Virus record (IMG/VR): IMGVR_UViG_3300027498_000002
DNA from: a virus
Reading direction: 5' to 3' (one strand)
Length of the DNA: 37,720 bases
Part shown: in pieces, positions 8,999-17,846 of the stretch
Layout: each line of letters opens with the position of its first letter
Numbering within the stretch: the stretch's first letter is position 1
Position numbers and translations under genes: made by a program
The notes under the pieces: generated by a model
Database searches by the model: none
The model's input: only the letters and a program-made list of their open reading frames with translations
What the model was told of the DNA's origin: nothing

Positions 8999-10336
8999 TT
9001 AAGCTACGTCAGCATCCTTGATGACACTGAAAGCCTGATCATGTCTGCTGTTAATGTCCCAAAAGGAGTTAACGACAATTTCCACCGTCGCCTCTTTAGC
9101 CTTCGTGTAGGGATTCACAATAATGTCAGCACCAGCCCACTGGCCTATGATTAGCTGATTCCACACACCGAATATGATAGCGTTGAGATCAGTACCGGTA
9201 CCTTTAGTCAGATCAGAAGGCACATTATTACTTACCTCAGCTCTATAGCCTAATAGGTCATTTGCCATATTATTCCAGACGAATAGCCCTGACCCAGCAT
9301 CTACCTTAGTCGTCTGTAGCTTGTAGCGTACGCCAGGCGTGAGCAGGAAGGCCATGTCTCCTATGTCAGCATCCTCTACCGCTATTTCTTTTGCCATCTC
9401 TAATAGCTTCTCCCTTGTAGGGGCTCCACCATTCGCTCCGATAGCGACTGTATTGATATCAGCAAAGTTCAATAAGCCCAAAGGCTGATTACCCGTACCT
9501 GATCCATTCAGAGCCGTAGAGTCCAGCTTTCTAGCTATCGCCATTGATAACTCCTGACGTATCCAGTTTTCTGTAGAAATACTGCTCTGCATGAGTAGCT
9601 GAGTACTGAGATCAGTATACGCAGCCAGCCTCTTAGGAGATAAGGTAAACTTATCTAATGAGGGCTCGGTTTCTACAGCGGTCGTTTGTTCTCCAGCCCA
9701 TTCAGCTGTGGCCACGCCAGTCTGCTTCTTTAGTTCTATGTTTCCGACTAGGCCAGTCATCACACTAGCACCCATCTCCATCACTTTTAGCTTCGGACGC
9801 AGGGCAGGGATGAACTCTCCGTACTCTGTTTCAACCAGATTACCAGCCGTGGCAGCAGTACCTACAGTCAAGTCTCTACTCTCCACTGAGATCAGTGCAG
9901 AGGGTACACCTATACCGCGCACATTATTGCCTGACGCTGTCGCTTCGAGTACAGCTTCCTGGTGCATTTCCAGCTCCAGCCCTTCCAGTGCTCTACCTTC
10001 CATCTTAGCGCGCATGGCTCTCAGTATACTGTACCGTTTAGATACTTTAGAGATCTCAGTCGCACGCTGCTCTTTTACCTTTCGCTTGACGGTCTGTACA
10101 GCGAGTAGGCCATCAGCTTTGATATTAGCCTCCGTCTCGCGGATCTGCTCATCTATCGCCTCCAGCTCAGTGGTGAGCGCATCACGTGTAGCTTTCTCCT
10201 CTTTTTTTAGGGAGCGAGCCTTTACAGCTTCGACGCCCTCTGAGGCTTCTACCCCTTTGGTGATGGCCATGATACTTTTGAGCTCCTCAGCCTTAGCGGT
10301 ACGCTTCTGCTGTAACTCTAATAATTGTTTTTTCAT
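8999..10336 (-). CDS. Major capsid protein, HK97 family, with N-terminal scaffold (delta) domain
   Basis: 445 aa. The first 100 aa or so are coiled-coil and charged, and the rest has HK97-like capsid motifs. It follows the prohead protease. Confidence 0.9.
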   Translation of the reverse strand: MKKQLLELQQKRTAKAEELKSIMAITKGVEASEGVEAVKARSLKKEEKATRDALTTELEAIDEQIRETEANIKADGLLAVQTVKRKVKEQRATEISKVSKRYSILRAMRAKMEGRALEGLELEMHQEAVLEATASGNNVRGIGVPSALISVESRDLTVGTAATAGNLVETEYGEFIPALRPKLKVMEMGASVMTGLVGNIELKKQTGVATAEWAGEQTTAVETEPSLDKFTLSPKRLAAYTDLSTQLLMQSSISTENWIRQELSMAIARKLDSTALNGSGTGNQPLGLLNFADINTVAIGANGGAPTREKLLEMAKEIAVEDADIGDMAFLLTPGVRYKLQTTKVDAGSGLFVWNNMANDLLGYRAEVSNNVPSDLTKGTGTDLNAIIFGVWNQLIIGQWAGADIIVNPYTKAKEATVEIVVNSFWDINSRHDQAFSVIKDADVA

Positions 10337-10370
10337 CGATTGAAATTTGATTTTTTTAAATAATTAGTAA

Positions 10371-10949
10371 TTATTGCAAAGCGTATGCAATACTGATTGC
10401 TTTATGATTACGTTGCTCTTCTTCTATATCTTCAGGTCGCTCAGCGTCAGACATGTGCTGCTTTATCGTGTCTATGCTTTTCTGGATCAGCGCATTAGGA
10501 TTAGAGCCGATGGGCACTATTGAGAATTCTAATAGTGACTGCTTAGCATAGTAGAATTTGTCAGGATCTTCCCCCAGGTCACTGTAGCCCCATCGATATT
10601 CTGTTGGGTCAAAGCCTACTGATGTCATCCTGATCGTCCCAGCGATGATCTTTTTTAAGACCTTTTCTGCTAAAGGGTTCACATCCTCAGTTTCGAAAGT
10701 CGCATCAGCCATTAGCTTATTGCCTTCTCGATAGACTCGCCCTGTCCCTATCACCATATCAGGATTATCAGTGTGCGACTTATGGCCCCAGAGAACGACG
10801 GGGTTTTTATTATAGTCAGTAAGATCCCAGCCATCGATCTTGATGATGGTGCGGTGTCTATCCTCAGTCTCATCAGAGATGCAGAAGGTCACTGTGCGTG
10901 TCTCCTCATCTATCGTGCGCTGCTCAGTTGATAGTAATTTTTTAATCAT
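10371..10949 (-). CDS. Prohead serine protease (HK97 family)
   Basis: 192 aa between portal and capsid. Pattern FCISDETEDRH ... VLWGH ... resembles the caudovirus prohead protease. Confidence 0.85.
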   Translation of the reverse strand: MIKKLLSTEQRTIDEETRTVTFCISDETEDRHRTIIKIDGWDLTDYNKNPVVLWGHKSHTDNPDMVIGTGRVYREGNKLMADATFETEDVNPLAEKVLKKIIAGTIRMTSVGFDPTEYRWGYSDLGEDPDKFYYAKQSLLEFSIVPIGSNPNALIQKSIDTIKQHMSDAERPEDIEEEQRNHKAISIAYALQ

Positions 10950-12174
10950 CAGTTTCCTTTTTTTCGGCCTGCTCCATCTTGGCAGCTACTTTTTCAGCCA
11001 GTGATTTACTAAACTCCTCGATATGGTCAAGTGAGATCATATTACTAGGTACCAGTCGCGTTTTTCCTAAGTCGTCGGGGAGAGGGTTCAAGTCCTCCAG
11101 TGCGCGTACCTCGTCGATATCATACAGCCCTACCCCCAGCATCATTTTATTAAATTCAGCTCTAGTCTTAATGTCACCCTGTAACAGTCCCTTGAGTTCC
11201 AGCTTGCTGTAGATGTTCTCCAGATTACGCACATCGAAGCTCTTATAGGTGAACTCCTCATCTATCAGGTTGGCATAAGGACGTACCGTGTTATTCACGA
11301 ATGAGAGCATCATATGTTCTGAGCTCTTAAAGTTTGAGTTCTCGTAGTGGCCCACCATCCAAGGCGGTACGCCAAACATTCGACAGATATCAGTCACTGT
11401 ATGTTTGTGAAATGCGATAAACTCCGCATCCTTCATAGCCATCCCCACAGCTTTGAATTTCATTCCGAACTCTAAGAATCCTATACCTCCATTCTTTCCC
11501 AGCCCTTGTATCGTCTCAGCCCTTAAGGTCATCTTCTGATCCTTGTTAAGCGTCCCCTCAGTCTCTAAGAATCCATTTATGAAAGTTCCATTTTTCCAAA
11601 ACTCAGAGGCGAAATCTCCCAGCTTAGCAGCAGTGCCCAGCCCATCTCTATGCAGGTTAATGATTGAGACAGGGGTAATAGCGTCGCGACTGTGGGCTAA
11701 TACATAGATCATATCATCACTATGCGTTATCTCATTCTTGCTGTAGTCGTAGTAGTATAGCTCGTCAGTCTTAGGGCTGATGACTGGCAGGATGTTGCTG
11801 GCATTCCTGACGCCATAGCTGACGATACGCTGACCATCTTTTACGATCTTAGCTGCGCCTACCCCCTTGGTCATCATAGATGTCACCAGTAGCTTTCTGA
11901 ATATGTATGAGCTGTAGTGAGGGTGAGGACGTCGCTTTAGCAGCCTGCTTTCTGCGCGGTCATTCGCTGATGACTTGATCCCATTAACATTTTTTTTCAA
12001 ATGCCACGGGATGGAGGCGATAGTCCTACTCACTACGTCCAAACATTGGTGCACTGTGCTGATGCGCTGCGCGCTATTCTCATTGATAGGCGTACCTGCC
12101 TTAGTGGCATAGCCTGCAAACAGAGATGTCCAGTCCCCACCATTCGCAAAACTTATATTACGCTGCTCTGACAT
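10942..12174 (-). CDS. Portal protein (HK97 family)
   Basis: 410 aa in the conserved position between terminase and protease, with a portal-like sequence pattern. Confidence 0.9.
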   Translation of the reverse strand: MSEQRNISFANGGDWTSLFAGYATKAGTPINENSAQRISTVHQCLDVVSRTIASIPWHLKKNVNGIKSSANDRAESRLLKRRPHPHYSSYIFRKLLVTSMMTKGVGAAKIVKDGQRIVSYGVRNASNILPVISPKTDELYYYDYSKNEITHSDDMIYVLAHSRDAITPVSIINLHRDGLGTAAKLGDFASEFWKNGTFINGFLETEGTLNKDQKMTLRAETIQGLGKNGGIGFLEFGMKFKAVGMAMKDAEFIAFHKHTVTDICRMFGVPPWMVGHYENSNFKSSEHMMLSFVNNTVRPYANLIDEEFTYKSFDVRNLENIYSKLELKGLLQGDIKTRAEFNKMMLGVGLYDIDEVRALEDLNPLPDDLGKTRLVPSNMISLDHIEEFSKSLAEKVAAKMEQAEKKETDD

Positions 12175-12256
12175 ATAAAGAATAAATATATATGTCTTTA
12201 TAGCAGCTCACCTCATGAGCTGTTTACCTACATATTATATGCATGTATGGGGCTAA

Positions 12257-12469
12257 TTATTTATATAGGAGCGTCACTATCCTTTGGTATCTCCATTCAT
12301 CTACTGCGTCCTCAGATACTACAAAGCCAGTTTTTATGGATTCAAAGTGGTAATTAATATCGTTATCCCACTCTAATGTATATCCATAAAGTATTTTAAC
12401 TCCTGTTAGTATGTCTATAGGCTCACCACTTAGAGGCATATCGTCTTCGTGTATTTTTGTCCAGTTCAT
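12257..12469 (-). CDS. Hypothetical protein (late-strand, within the AT-rich island)
   Basis: ATG-initiated 70-aa ORF. Confidence 0.4.
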   Translation of the reverse strand: MNWTKIHEDDMPLSGEPIDILTGVKILYGYTLEWDNDINYHFESIKTGFVVSEDAVDEWRYQRIVTLLYK

Positions 12470-12528
12470 ATTTTTCTTTTTCCGACTTTGGCGTTAGTCA
12501 CTCATGATGCTATTTCGAAAGTTAAAAA

Positions 12529-12542
12529 TTAACAAATGTTAA
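12529..12542. promoter_or_regulatory. Palindromic operator-like site TTAACAAATGTTAA upstream of the plus-strand moron
   Basis: Half sites TTAACA/TGTTAA with a 2-nt spacer. Near-identical sites occur at 27322..27335 and 27367..27380. Confidence 0.4.
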
Positions 12543-12651
12543 TTTATGTAAATAAATTAATATTAATTCCATTTAATGATGTATTATGTCAATATAATTC
12601 TTATATTTACATCATCGAAGCAATTAAGCGGAGAGTAAAAAGTAAATTATA

Positions 12652-12858
12652 ATGAAAGTATCAAAAGCAATTAAAACAGGGAAAATAACATTAGAAGAAA
12701 TTGTTGATTTTATGAATGATGAATTAAGTAATGCGGATCATGTTAAAAAAACTCTATCTGAAATAACTGGTTATGAAGTAGCTAAGATAGATTCTGGTAA
12801 TGAGTGGGATTCTGATTCAATCCTTAATTGTGATATAATTGACGCAACACCTTGTTAG
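12652..12858 (+). CDS. Small acidic protein (candidate anti-defence / moron gene)
   Basis: 68 aa, rich in D/E, on the opposite strand to all flanking late genes. Has its own AT-rich upstream region and terminator. Confidence 0.5.
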   Translation: MKVSKAIKTGKITLEEIVDFMNDELSNADHVKKTLSEITGYEVAKIDSGNEWDSDSILNCDIIDATPC

Positions 12859-12874
12859 TAATTTAAACTAAATA

Positions 12875-13054
12875 ATGAGATTCTACAAACTAAAATCAGA
12901 AAGCCAAGAGCTTTACTATTCAAACCTAATGTTACTTTGTAAAGCTCACAAATTATCATACAGGTCAGCCAACGATAAAATCAAACGCCAAAAGCTACCC
13001 TATAAAAAAAATGGAATGGTAGTTAGAGAGCTGCACATGATTGGACGTGATTAA
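12875..13054 (+). CDS. Small basic putative HTH protein (59 aa, not in the ORF track)
   Basis: ATG at 12875 and TAA at 13052, translated by hand as MRFYKLKSESQELYYSNLMLLCKAHKLSYRSANDKIKRQKLPYKKNGMVVRELHMIGRD. The helix-turn-helix-like core resembles NUMOD1-type DNA-binding modules. Confidence 0.4.
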   Translation: MRFYKLKSESQELYYSNLMLLCKAHKLSYRSANDKIKRQKLPYKKNGMVVRELHMIGRD

Positions 13055-13070
13055 TTCCCATTATCTATTC

Positions 13071-13097
13071 CAGTTGTAACTATATTCTTTACAACTG
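13071..13097 (+). other. Stem-loop (9-bp stem) preceding the terminator
   Basis: CAGTTGTAA (13071..13079) pairs with TTACAACTG (13089..13097). Confidence 0.4.
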
Positions 13098-13132
13098 CCT
13101 ATTGTGTATCTGCTTTAACATTCATTCCACCT

Positions 13133-13185
13133 AATGCAGTATGTGAAATTTTGGCACATACTGCATTTATTTCTCATTTGATTTT
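13133..13185 (+). terminator. Rho-independent terminator of the plus-strand moron
   Basis: Perfect 13-bp stem, AATGCAGTATGTG (13133..13145) with CACATACTGCATT (13155..13167), and a 9-nt loop, followed by a T-rich tract (TATTTCTCATTTGATTTT). Confidence 0.6.
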
Positions 13186-13341
13186 ACGAGACTTCACCGA
13201 TTTGAAAGAATCATAATTTTTATACTTCCGATACCCAAACTCCCTGGCGTGTCTGATCTCCAGCACCTCATAAGCATCACAATGAAAACTAAACTTGTGT
13301 AGTATCCGATAGAATTCATTTATAAATTGTTCAGTCGTCAT
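13174..13341 (-). CDS. Hypothetical small protein (55 aa, not in the ORF track)
   Basis: ATG 3 nt after the terL stop. Hand translation: MTTEQFINEFYRILHKFSFHCDAYEVLEIRHAREFGYRKYKNYDSFKSVKSRKIK. Confidence 0.3.
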   Translation of the reverse strand: MTTEQFINEFYRILHKFSFHCDAYEVLEIRHAREFGYRKYKNYDSFKSVKSRKIK

Positions 13342-13344
13342 CGC

Positions 13345-14955
13345 TTAGTTTATTGTAAAAAATTCCATCTTGTAATCATCAGGCATTTCTGGCACTGGTT
13401 CTGCTTCCAGCTGAGTCAGGTAATCACATATGGCATTGCAAAGTGATACTGGCCCATCGATCTTGTCTTTAGACTTAGCCTTGTCCATCCACCTATTTCC
13501 GTTTCGGTCACTATATGTTCTGACGTTATCCATCTGCCAGGCCAGCGCAGGATTACTGAATTGTATATGCCCCTTCATAATCAGAACCTCTACGAAGTCA
13601 ATGACCCGACCCATAGTAGTGGGCCCCTGCCTGTACTTTTGCATATTGATACCTTCCTCCAGCAGCGTAGATACCACGCCCCACGCCTTCCATGGATCAT
13701 ATCCGTTGCTGAGTATCTTGTACTCCGTGTGCAGCTGGAGTATAAACTCATGCATAGGTCCATACTCCATAGCGTTACCCGGCACTGTTTTAATATGCCC
13801 CTGCTTATGCCATAGTCTGAAGTTGGTGTTATCATCATTCATACGCTGATATAGTCGCTGCTCTGGCAGCCATTGGTAGCACATCCAAATGAAAGGGTCT
13901 TTCTTTGTTGGACTCTTCCCCAGTGGAGGAAACAAAAGCGAGTAGCTACAAAGATCATTCACGTATGCCGTATCTAATCCTCCGTAGGCATCACGCCCAG
14001 CCAGCTTCTCAGGCTTGATGTTCACTTGACATTTTTTTACCACATTCGCAGATATCCAAGCATTCACATTTCCTACCCATTGACCTAGTCTGAGTCGTCT
14101 AAATTCTGGCTCCGATCCTGGCATCTGCTTAACCTCTCTAGAGCCTGCCTCCATGGAGCGCTTTAGTGATTCATTGAAACCAGGATTTACTTTGTCCCAT
14201 ACCTTCGGATCGTGGATGTCATCTTTTTCGTCAATGCCATATATCACAACATGCCAGGAGGGTTCGTAAAAGACACCACTCTGAATCTTCAACGCCCTTT
14301 CATGCATCTGATGAGCGAATGTATTAATATACCCACTGTTAGTAATCACCCAGGTGATAGGCTGCGTTCTGGAGCTAGTACCTTTATAGAGCGAGTGCCA
14401 GAGCTTATCAGTAGGCTGGGCGTGTAGCTCATCGAATAACACACTATGCAGGTTATGCCCATGCTTAGTGTCTGCTGTGCTTGATATAGCTTTATACATT
14501 GAGTTGGACTTGATGTGCTCAATGCTACCACTCATCACGTTAAGTCTTGATGATAAGAACTTAGATTGCTTCACCATCTGCTTCGCAAAGCCGAATATGA
14601 TCTTTGCCTGCTCATGTGCTGCGGCTGCGCCAAAAATATCTGCGCCAAGTTCACCATCAGCACACAGCATGAATAATGTCAGAGCAGCAAGAAGTGTAGA
14701 CTTCCCGTTTTTTTTCGGTATCTCCACCCAGCATACCTGATGTTTCCTATACCCAGTTGATTTTTTTTTGACTCCAAAAACAGGGTAGATGATATCCCTC
14801 TTCTGCCACTCAGATAAGATCAACGGCTCACCTGCCAATTGGCCTTGCACGTGAGTGCAGTAACTCTCTACAAACTTGACTACACGCTCAGCTGCTACCT
14901 CGTCAAAATAGTATTTCCGCTTGTCATATTTTGGAAGCAACTTTTTTTTTATCAT
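13345..14955 (-). CDS. terL: Terminase large subunit
   Basis: 536 aa. Walker A-like IPKKNGKSTLLAA, Terminase_1-type N-terminus (EPLILSEWQKRDI) and a nuclease C-terminal half. ATGA overlap with terS. Confidence 0.95.
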   Translation of the reverse strand: MIKKKLLPKYDKRKYYFDEVAAERVVKFVESYCTHVQGQLAGEPLILSEWQKRDIIYPVFGVKKKSTGYRKHQVCWVEIPKKNGKSTLLAALTLFMLCADGELGADIFGAAAAHEQAKIIFGFAKQMVKQSKFLSSRLNVMSGSIEHIKSNSMYKAISSTADTKHGHNLHSVLFDELHAQPTDKLWHSLYKGTSSRTQPITWVITNSGYINTFAHQMHERALKIQSGVFYEPSWHVVIYGIDEKDDIHDPKVWDKVNPGFNESLKRSMEAGSREVKQMPGSEPEFRRLRLGQWVGNVNAWISANVVKKCQVNIKPEKLAGRDAYGGLDTAYVNDLCSYSLLFPPLGKSPTKKDPFIWMCYQWLPEQRLYQRMNDDNTNFRLWHKQGHIKTVPGNAMEYGPMHEFILQLHTEYKILSNGYDPWKAWGVVSTLLEEGINMQKYRQGPTTMGRVIDFVEVLIMKGHIQFSNPALAWQMDNVRTYSDRNGNRWMDKAKSKDKIDGPVSLCNAICDYLTQLEAEPVPEMPDDYKMEFFTIN

Positions 14956-15443
14956 ACATCTGAAAATTCGTCAGCCTCATCAGAGGACCTACCCCCTTCG
15001 TTTTCTATTGCAGGAATTTTCAGACCAGCCCTGGCCGATGGAGTAATACCAAACTTAGAAGCCAGCTCCAATGACTCCTTTATCATCCTACTCCTCAGTA
15101 AGAATATCGGATTTTGAACCATGTTGCCGCGTCCCCCTTTCATTAAAAATTCAGCCGTGTTACATTGGCTAGTTATAGTTCTCAGATCTGCCTGTATAGT
15201 AGCCAAGTGAGCCAAGGCCTCCAGGTCTTCATCTCTTAGTATCTCAATATTATTTAACTTTTCATACAAGAATTCAAATTGAACTTTTGCCGCTTCGGAA
15301 AGATGGTCTGGGGCAAAAGACATCGAGATAATCTTTTTTCCCTTTGGGTCATTCTGGCTGGCCTCATGCCTGGTCTTATTGTAAGTGCCGCGCCTCTCTT
15401 TTATTTTTTTTGGAAGCACTGGCCTCCCTCTCTTTTTTGCCAT
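14952..15443 (-). CDS. terS: Terminase small subunit (P27-like)
   Basis: 163 aa immediately upstream of terL and overlapping it. Basic N-terminus GRPVLPKK and a P27-family-like pattern. Confidence 0.75.
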   Translation of the reverse strand: MAKKRGRPVLPKKIKERRGTYNKTRHEASQNDPKGKKIISMSFAPDHLSEAAKVQFEFLYEKLNNIEILRDEDLEALAHLATIQADLRTITSQCNTAEFLMKGGRGNMVQNPIFLLRSRMIKESLELASKFGITPSARAGLKIPAIENEGGRSSDEADEFSDV

Positions 15444-15506
15444 GTGAGCAGTTTACAGAATTTTGCAATTTCGTGAGAACGACTAATGCAACGTTGTTGA
15501 GAGGGG

Positions 15507-15905
15507 CTAAGAATAGCTAATAGACCCCCTTACCCCCTCGTTAAACTTACGTGCAGAAACCTTCTCGCTGTTTTCATTGTATACATGTGCTTCGTAAAGG
15601 CCCTGGCTCTCTTTCTGTCGCTTAATCTGGTGACACTTGAGCTTATTCATTGACTGCAGGTTTCTCTCGTCAAACTTGGATCCTCCTATCCTGATAGGGA
15701 TGATATGGTCTGTCATAGTCGCATCTAATGGATCGTCTGACACTCTACATGCTGAGCACTCGCACGTAGGGTGGCGCTTCCTTCGAGCGAGAGAATGCTT
15801 GCGCCATTTATGTGAATTATAAAAAGGATAATCACTTGACACAGGCTTGTCTCTCACTGGTGCAGGTTTCTGCCAGGGTGGCTTTTTAAACTTCTTTTCC
15901 AGCAC
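15507..15905 (-). CDS. HNH endonuclease (terminase-associated)
   Basis: CECSAC ... DHIIPIRIGGS ... NLQSMNKLKCHQIK motif. Lies directly upstream of terS, as in HK97-like cos phages. Starts with GTG. Confidence 0.85.
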   Translation of the reverse strand: MLEKKFKKPPWQKPAPVRDKPVSSDYPFYNSHKWRKHSLARRKRHPTCECSACRVSDDPLDATMTDHIIPIRIGGSKFDERNLQSMNKLKCHQIKRQKESQGLYEAHVYNENSEKVSARKFNEGVRGSISYS

Positions 15906-15907
15906 AG

Positions 15908-16675
15908 TTATTGAACTAAGTATGAGCGTTTCTCTACTAATACTGTGGCCATCGTGTCTATCTGTGCGTCAGTGAAGGTTGTCCTGCACTGCAGATAGCT
16001 CATGTTATTATTGTCTACGTCATCACAGTTGTGTAGCTCTCGCTTATAGAATGTATGTCTCAGACCAAAAAAGTGGCCGAGCTCATGACTGATCGTATTA
16101 GTATGTGTAGAGGTCTCCGAAAGAAATATAGAATTCCAGCGATGATCATATTCTCTATCCATCCAGTCAGCTGGGAGGAACGTGAAGCCATTCAGATATC
16201 CCGATGATTCGAGGACATACACATTAATCACCGTATCATCAGCGTGAACTGATAACTCCTTCGTATTGTACGCTGGGTCAGCCATGTAGTGTTCTATTGA
16301 CTTACCTATACTGGACGTGTAATAAAGGCTATCAGGTGGCAGTGTGAAGTCGATCAATCCTCTGAACGAGGAGTTGACATCACCCAGCATCTTGAATACT
16401 GCTGAGTCCCTGGTGATAGGTGACAAGACTGCCTCATCAAAGTGAAACCTGATAGCAACATTGATACCTTCTGTGTACTCTTCCTGGAGCTCTTCAAACT
16501 TGATTAGAGGGATGGTAACAATCGGAGTGATAGTCTCACATCCAAAGCCGCATTGATAAGGGCAGGGGGACGCTGTTGATTGTCCCCCTACCTTATTCTT
16601 AATGAGTGCGCAGCCACCTATCGCATAGAAGAGCAATAAACAGAATACAACAACTAAAGTCTTATGATGGCTCAT
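15908..16675 (-). CDS. Zinc metalloprotease lipoprotein, metzincin M43 (pappalysin/cytophagalysin-like)
   Basis: Lipoprotein-type signal (LLLFYAIGGC), zinc site HELGHFFGLRHTF, and the downstream M43-like NNNMSY ... C ... FTDAQ motif. Confidence 0.8.
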   Translation of the reverse strand: MSHHKTLVVVFCLLLFYAIGGCALIKNKVGGQSTASPCPYQCGFGCETITPIVTIPLIKFEELQEEYTEGINVAIRFHFDEAVLSPITRDSAVFKMLGDVNSSFRGLIDFTLPPDSLYYTSSIGKSIEHYMADPAYNTKELSVHADDTVINVYVLESSGYLNGFTFLPADWMDREYDHRWNSIFLSETSTHTNTISHELGHFFGLRHTFYKRELHNCDDVDNNNMSYLQCRTTFTDAQIDTMATVLVEKRSYLVQ

Positions 16676-17018
16676 TGACGATCTTATTTTTGATCATAAA
16701 AAGGTTAGTGATAGAGGCTGTGAGGCTGAGCACATCAAACATGATCTGCTCATAATGGGGCTCTGCCTCATCGTATAAAATATCAAAGCGATCAGCTATG
16801 AGCACCTTAAGCTCGACACGCTCAGCATCATCCAGGTCCATCAGCTCCTTAATGATGTTCTCAGCCCCATTGATCGCTTGAGGGGCTCCCATTATAAGTT
16901 CTAGTACGGGGGAGAGGTCATCTATCTGAATCTTCTTATCAGAGAAAACCTCCGAGTATAGATCTAAGATATCGAAGCCAAAGCTGAGGGCCTCTTTTGT
17001 TTCCTTAATATTTGCCAT
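16662..17018 (-). CDS. Hypothetical acidic protein
   Basis: Start trimmed to the ATG at 17018 (MANIKETKE...), which removes the overlap with the upstream gene. 118 aa, helical and acidic. Confidence 0.45.
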   Translation of the reverse strand: MANIKETKEALSFGFDILDLYSEVFSDKKIQIDDLSPVLELIMGAPQAINGAENIIKELMDLDDAERVELKVLIADRFDILYDEAEPHYEQIMFDVLSLTASITNLFMIKNKIVNEPS

Positions 17019-17029
17019 AGTAAGTATTT

Positions 17030-17488
17030 TTATGATTTGAATAAATTGAATGTCTTTAGGAATTCTAATGCCTTGTCCTTGTCGTCTGTGTTTACGAAAT
17101 CGACGAATAAAGCACAATCGTTTTTAGAGACGTTTTCTGGCTCGTGGGGCTCCATGGAGTCATATACAAGCTCTTCGCCTTCTCCTGTCTTTATGCCAGT
17201 GAGGGAGTCGTGTAGCTCGCCCCTGATGACCGTACATACCTCTACGTAATCATGAAAGTGAGGAGGTGTAAAGCCTTTGCCTGGGGGTATGATCGTGACA
17301 AACCTCATGTGGTAATCATTACTAACTACCTTGATATTAAGGGTACCATGCAGGTCCATCATCTGCCCTTGCTTCCACTTGTCATCATAGATAGCGTCCC
17401 AGGTAATCAGGTTAGTGAAGTTCTGAATCGAGCCTAATGCAATGACCTTTTTCTCTATGATTCGTAATAATTCTAACTCACTTTTCAT
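17030..17488 (-). CDS. Cupin-fold protein
   Basis: Cupin motifs PPHFHDYVEVCTVIRGEL ... EPHEPEN. Confidence 0.55.
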   Translation of the reverse strand: MKSELELLRIIEKKVIALGSIQNFTNLITWDAIYDDKWKQGQMMDLHGTLNIKVVSNDYHMRFVTIIPPGKGFTPPHFHDYVEVCTVIRGELHDSLTGIKTGEGEELVYDSMEPHEPENVSKNDCALFVDFVNTDDKDKALEFLKTFNLFKS

Positions 17489-17846
17489 TTATATCAACTA
17501 CTTTTTTGTTATCAATGGCATGTAATAGGGAAGTCAAGCAGTCGCTATCACAGTTAGTTTTTATTGACTGTATCAGGGAGTTGAGTCTCACGTTTTCTAT
17601 CCTTGCTGTGTGGTGCTTTTTGGAGGCCTCTAGATGCATATCAAAAACCTTTGATAGCTCTTCGTTCACCTTAAGGAGCTGTATCCTGATCTTGCTTTCG
17701 CTCTCCATCTCAATGGACTCCTTTTCGCTTTTTCTTCGATATTTACCGACGCCAAAATAGCCCACCACAGCTGTAATGATAGATCCTGCAATGATCACCA
17801 CCTGGCCGCTGTGCTCTTTAATTATATCTGTCAAAAGGTTACCCAT
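17478..17846 (-). CDS. N-terminally anchored membrane protein with coiled coil (i-spanin-like topology)
   Basis: TM segment VVIIAGSIITAVVGYFGVG followed by a charged helical region. Confidence 0.5.
   Translation of the reverse strand: MGNLLTDIIKEHSGQVVIIAGSIITAVVGYFGVGKYRRKSEKESIEMESESKIRIQLLKVNEELSKVFDMHLEASKKHHTARIENVRLNSLIQSIKTNCDSDCLTSLLHAIDNKKVVDINEK

Noticed and set aside
12204-12222. Hairpin CAGCTCA-CCTCA-TGAGCTG upstream of the portal gene as a terminator
   Set aside because: There is no convincing U-tract on the late (minus) strand, and read-through into portal is required. At most it is a minor RNA structure.
14761-14950. A9 homopolymer runs in terL (14761..14769 and 14942..14950 on the plus strand as T9) as programmed slippage or phase-variation sites
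   Set aside because: They encode lysine runs (KKK) in an AT-leaning genome. The terL frame is intact through both, and no alternative frame is open beyond them.
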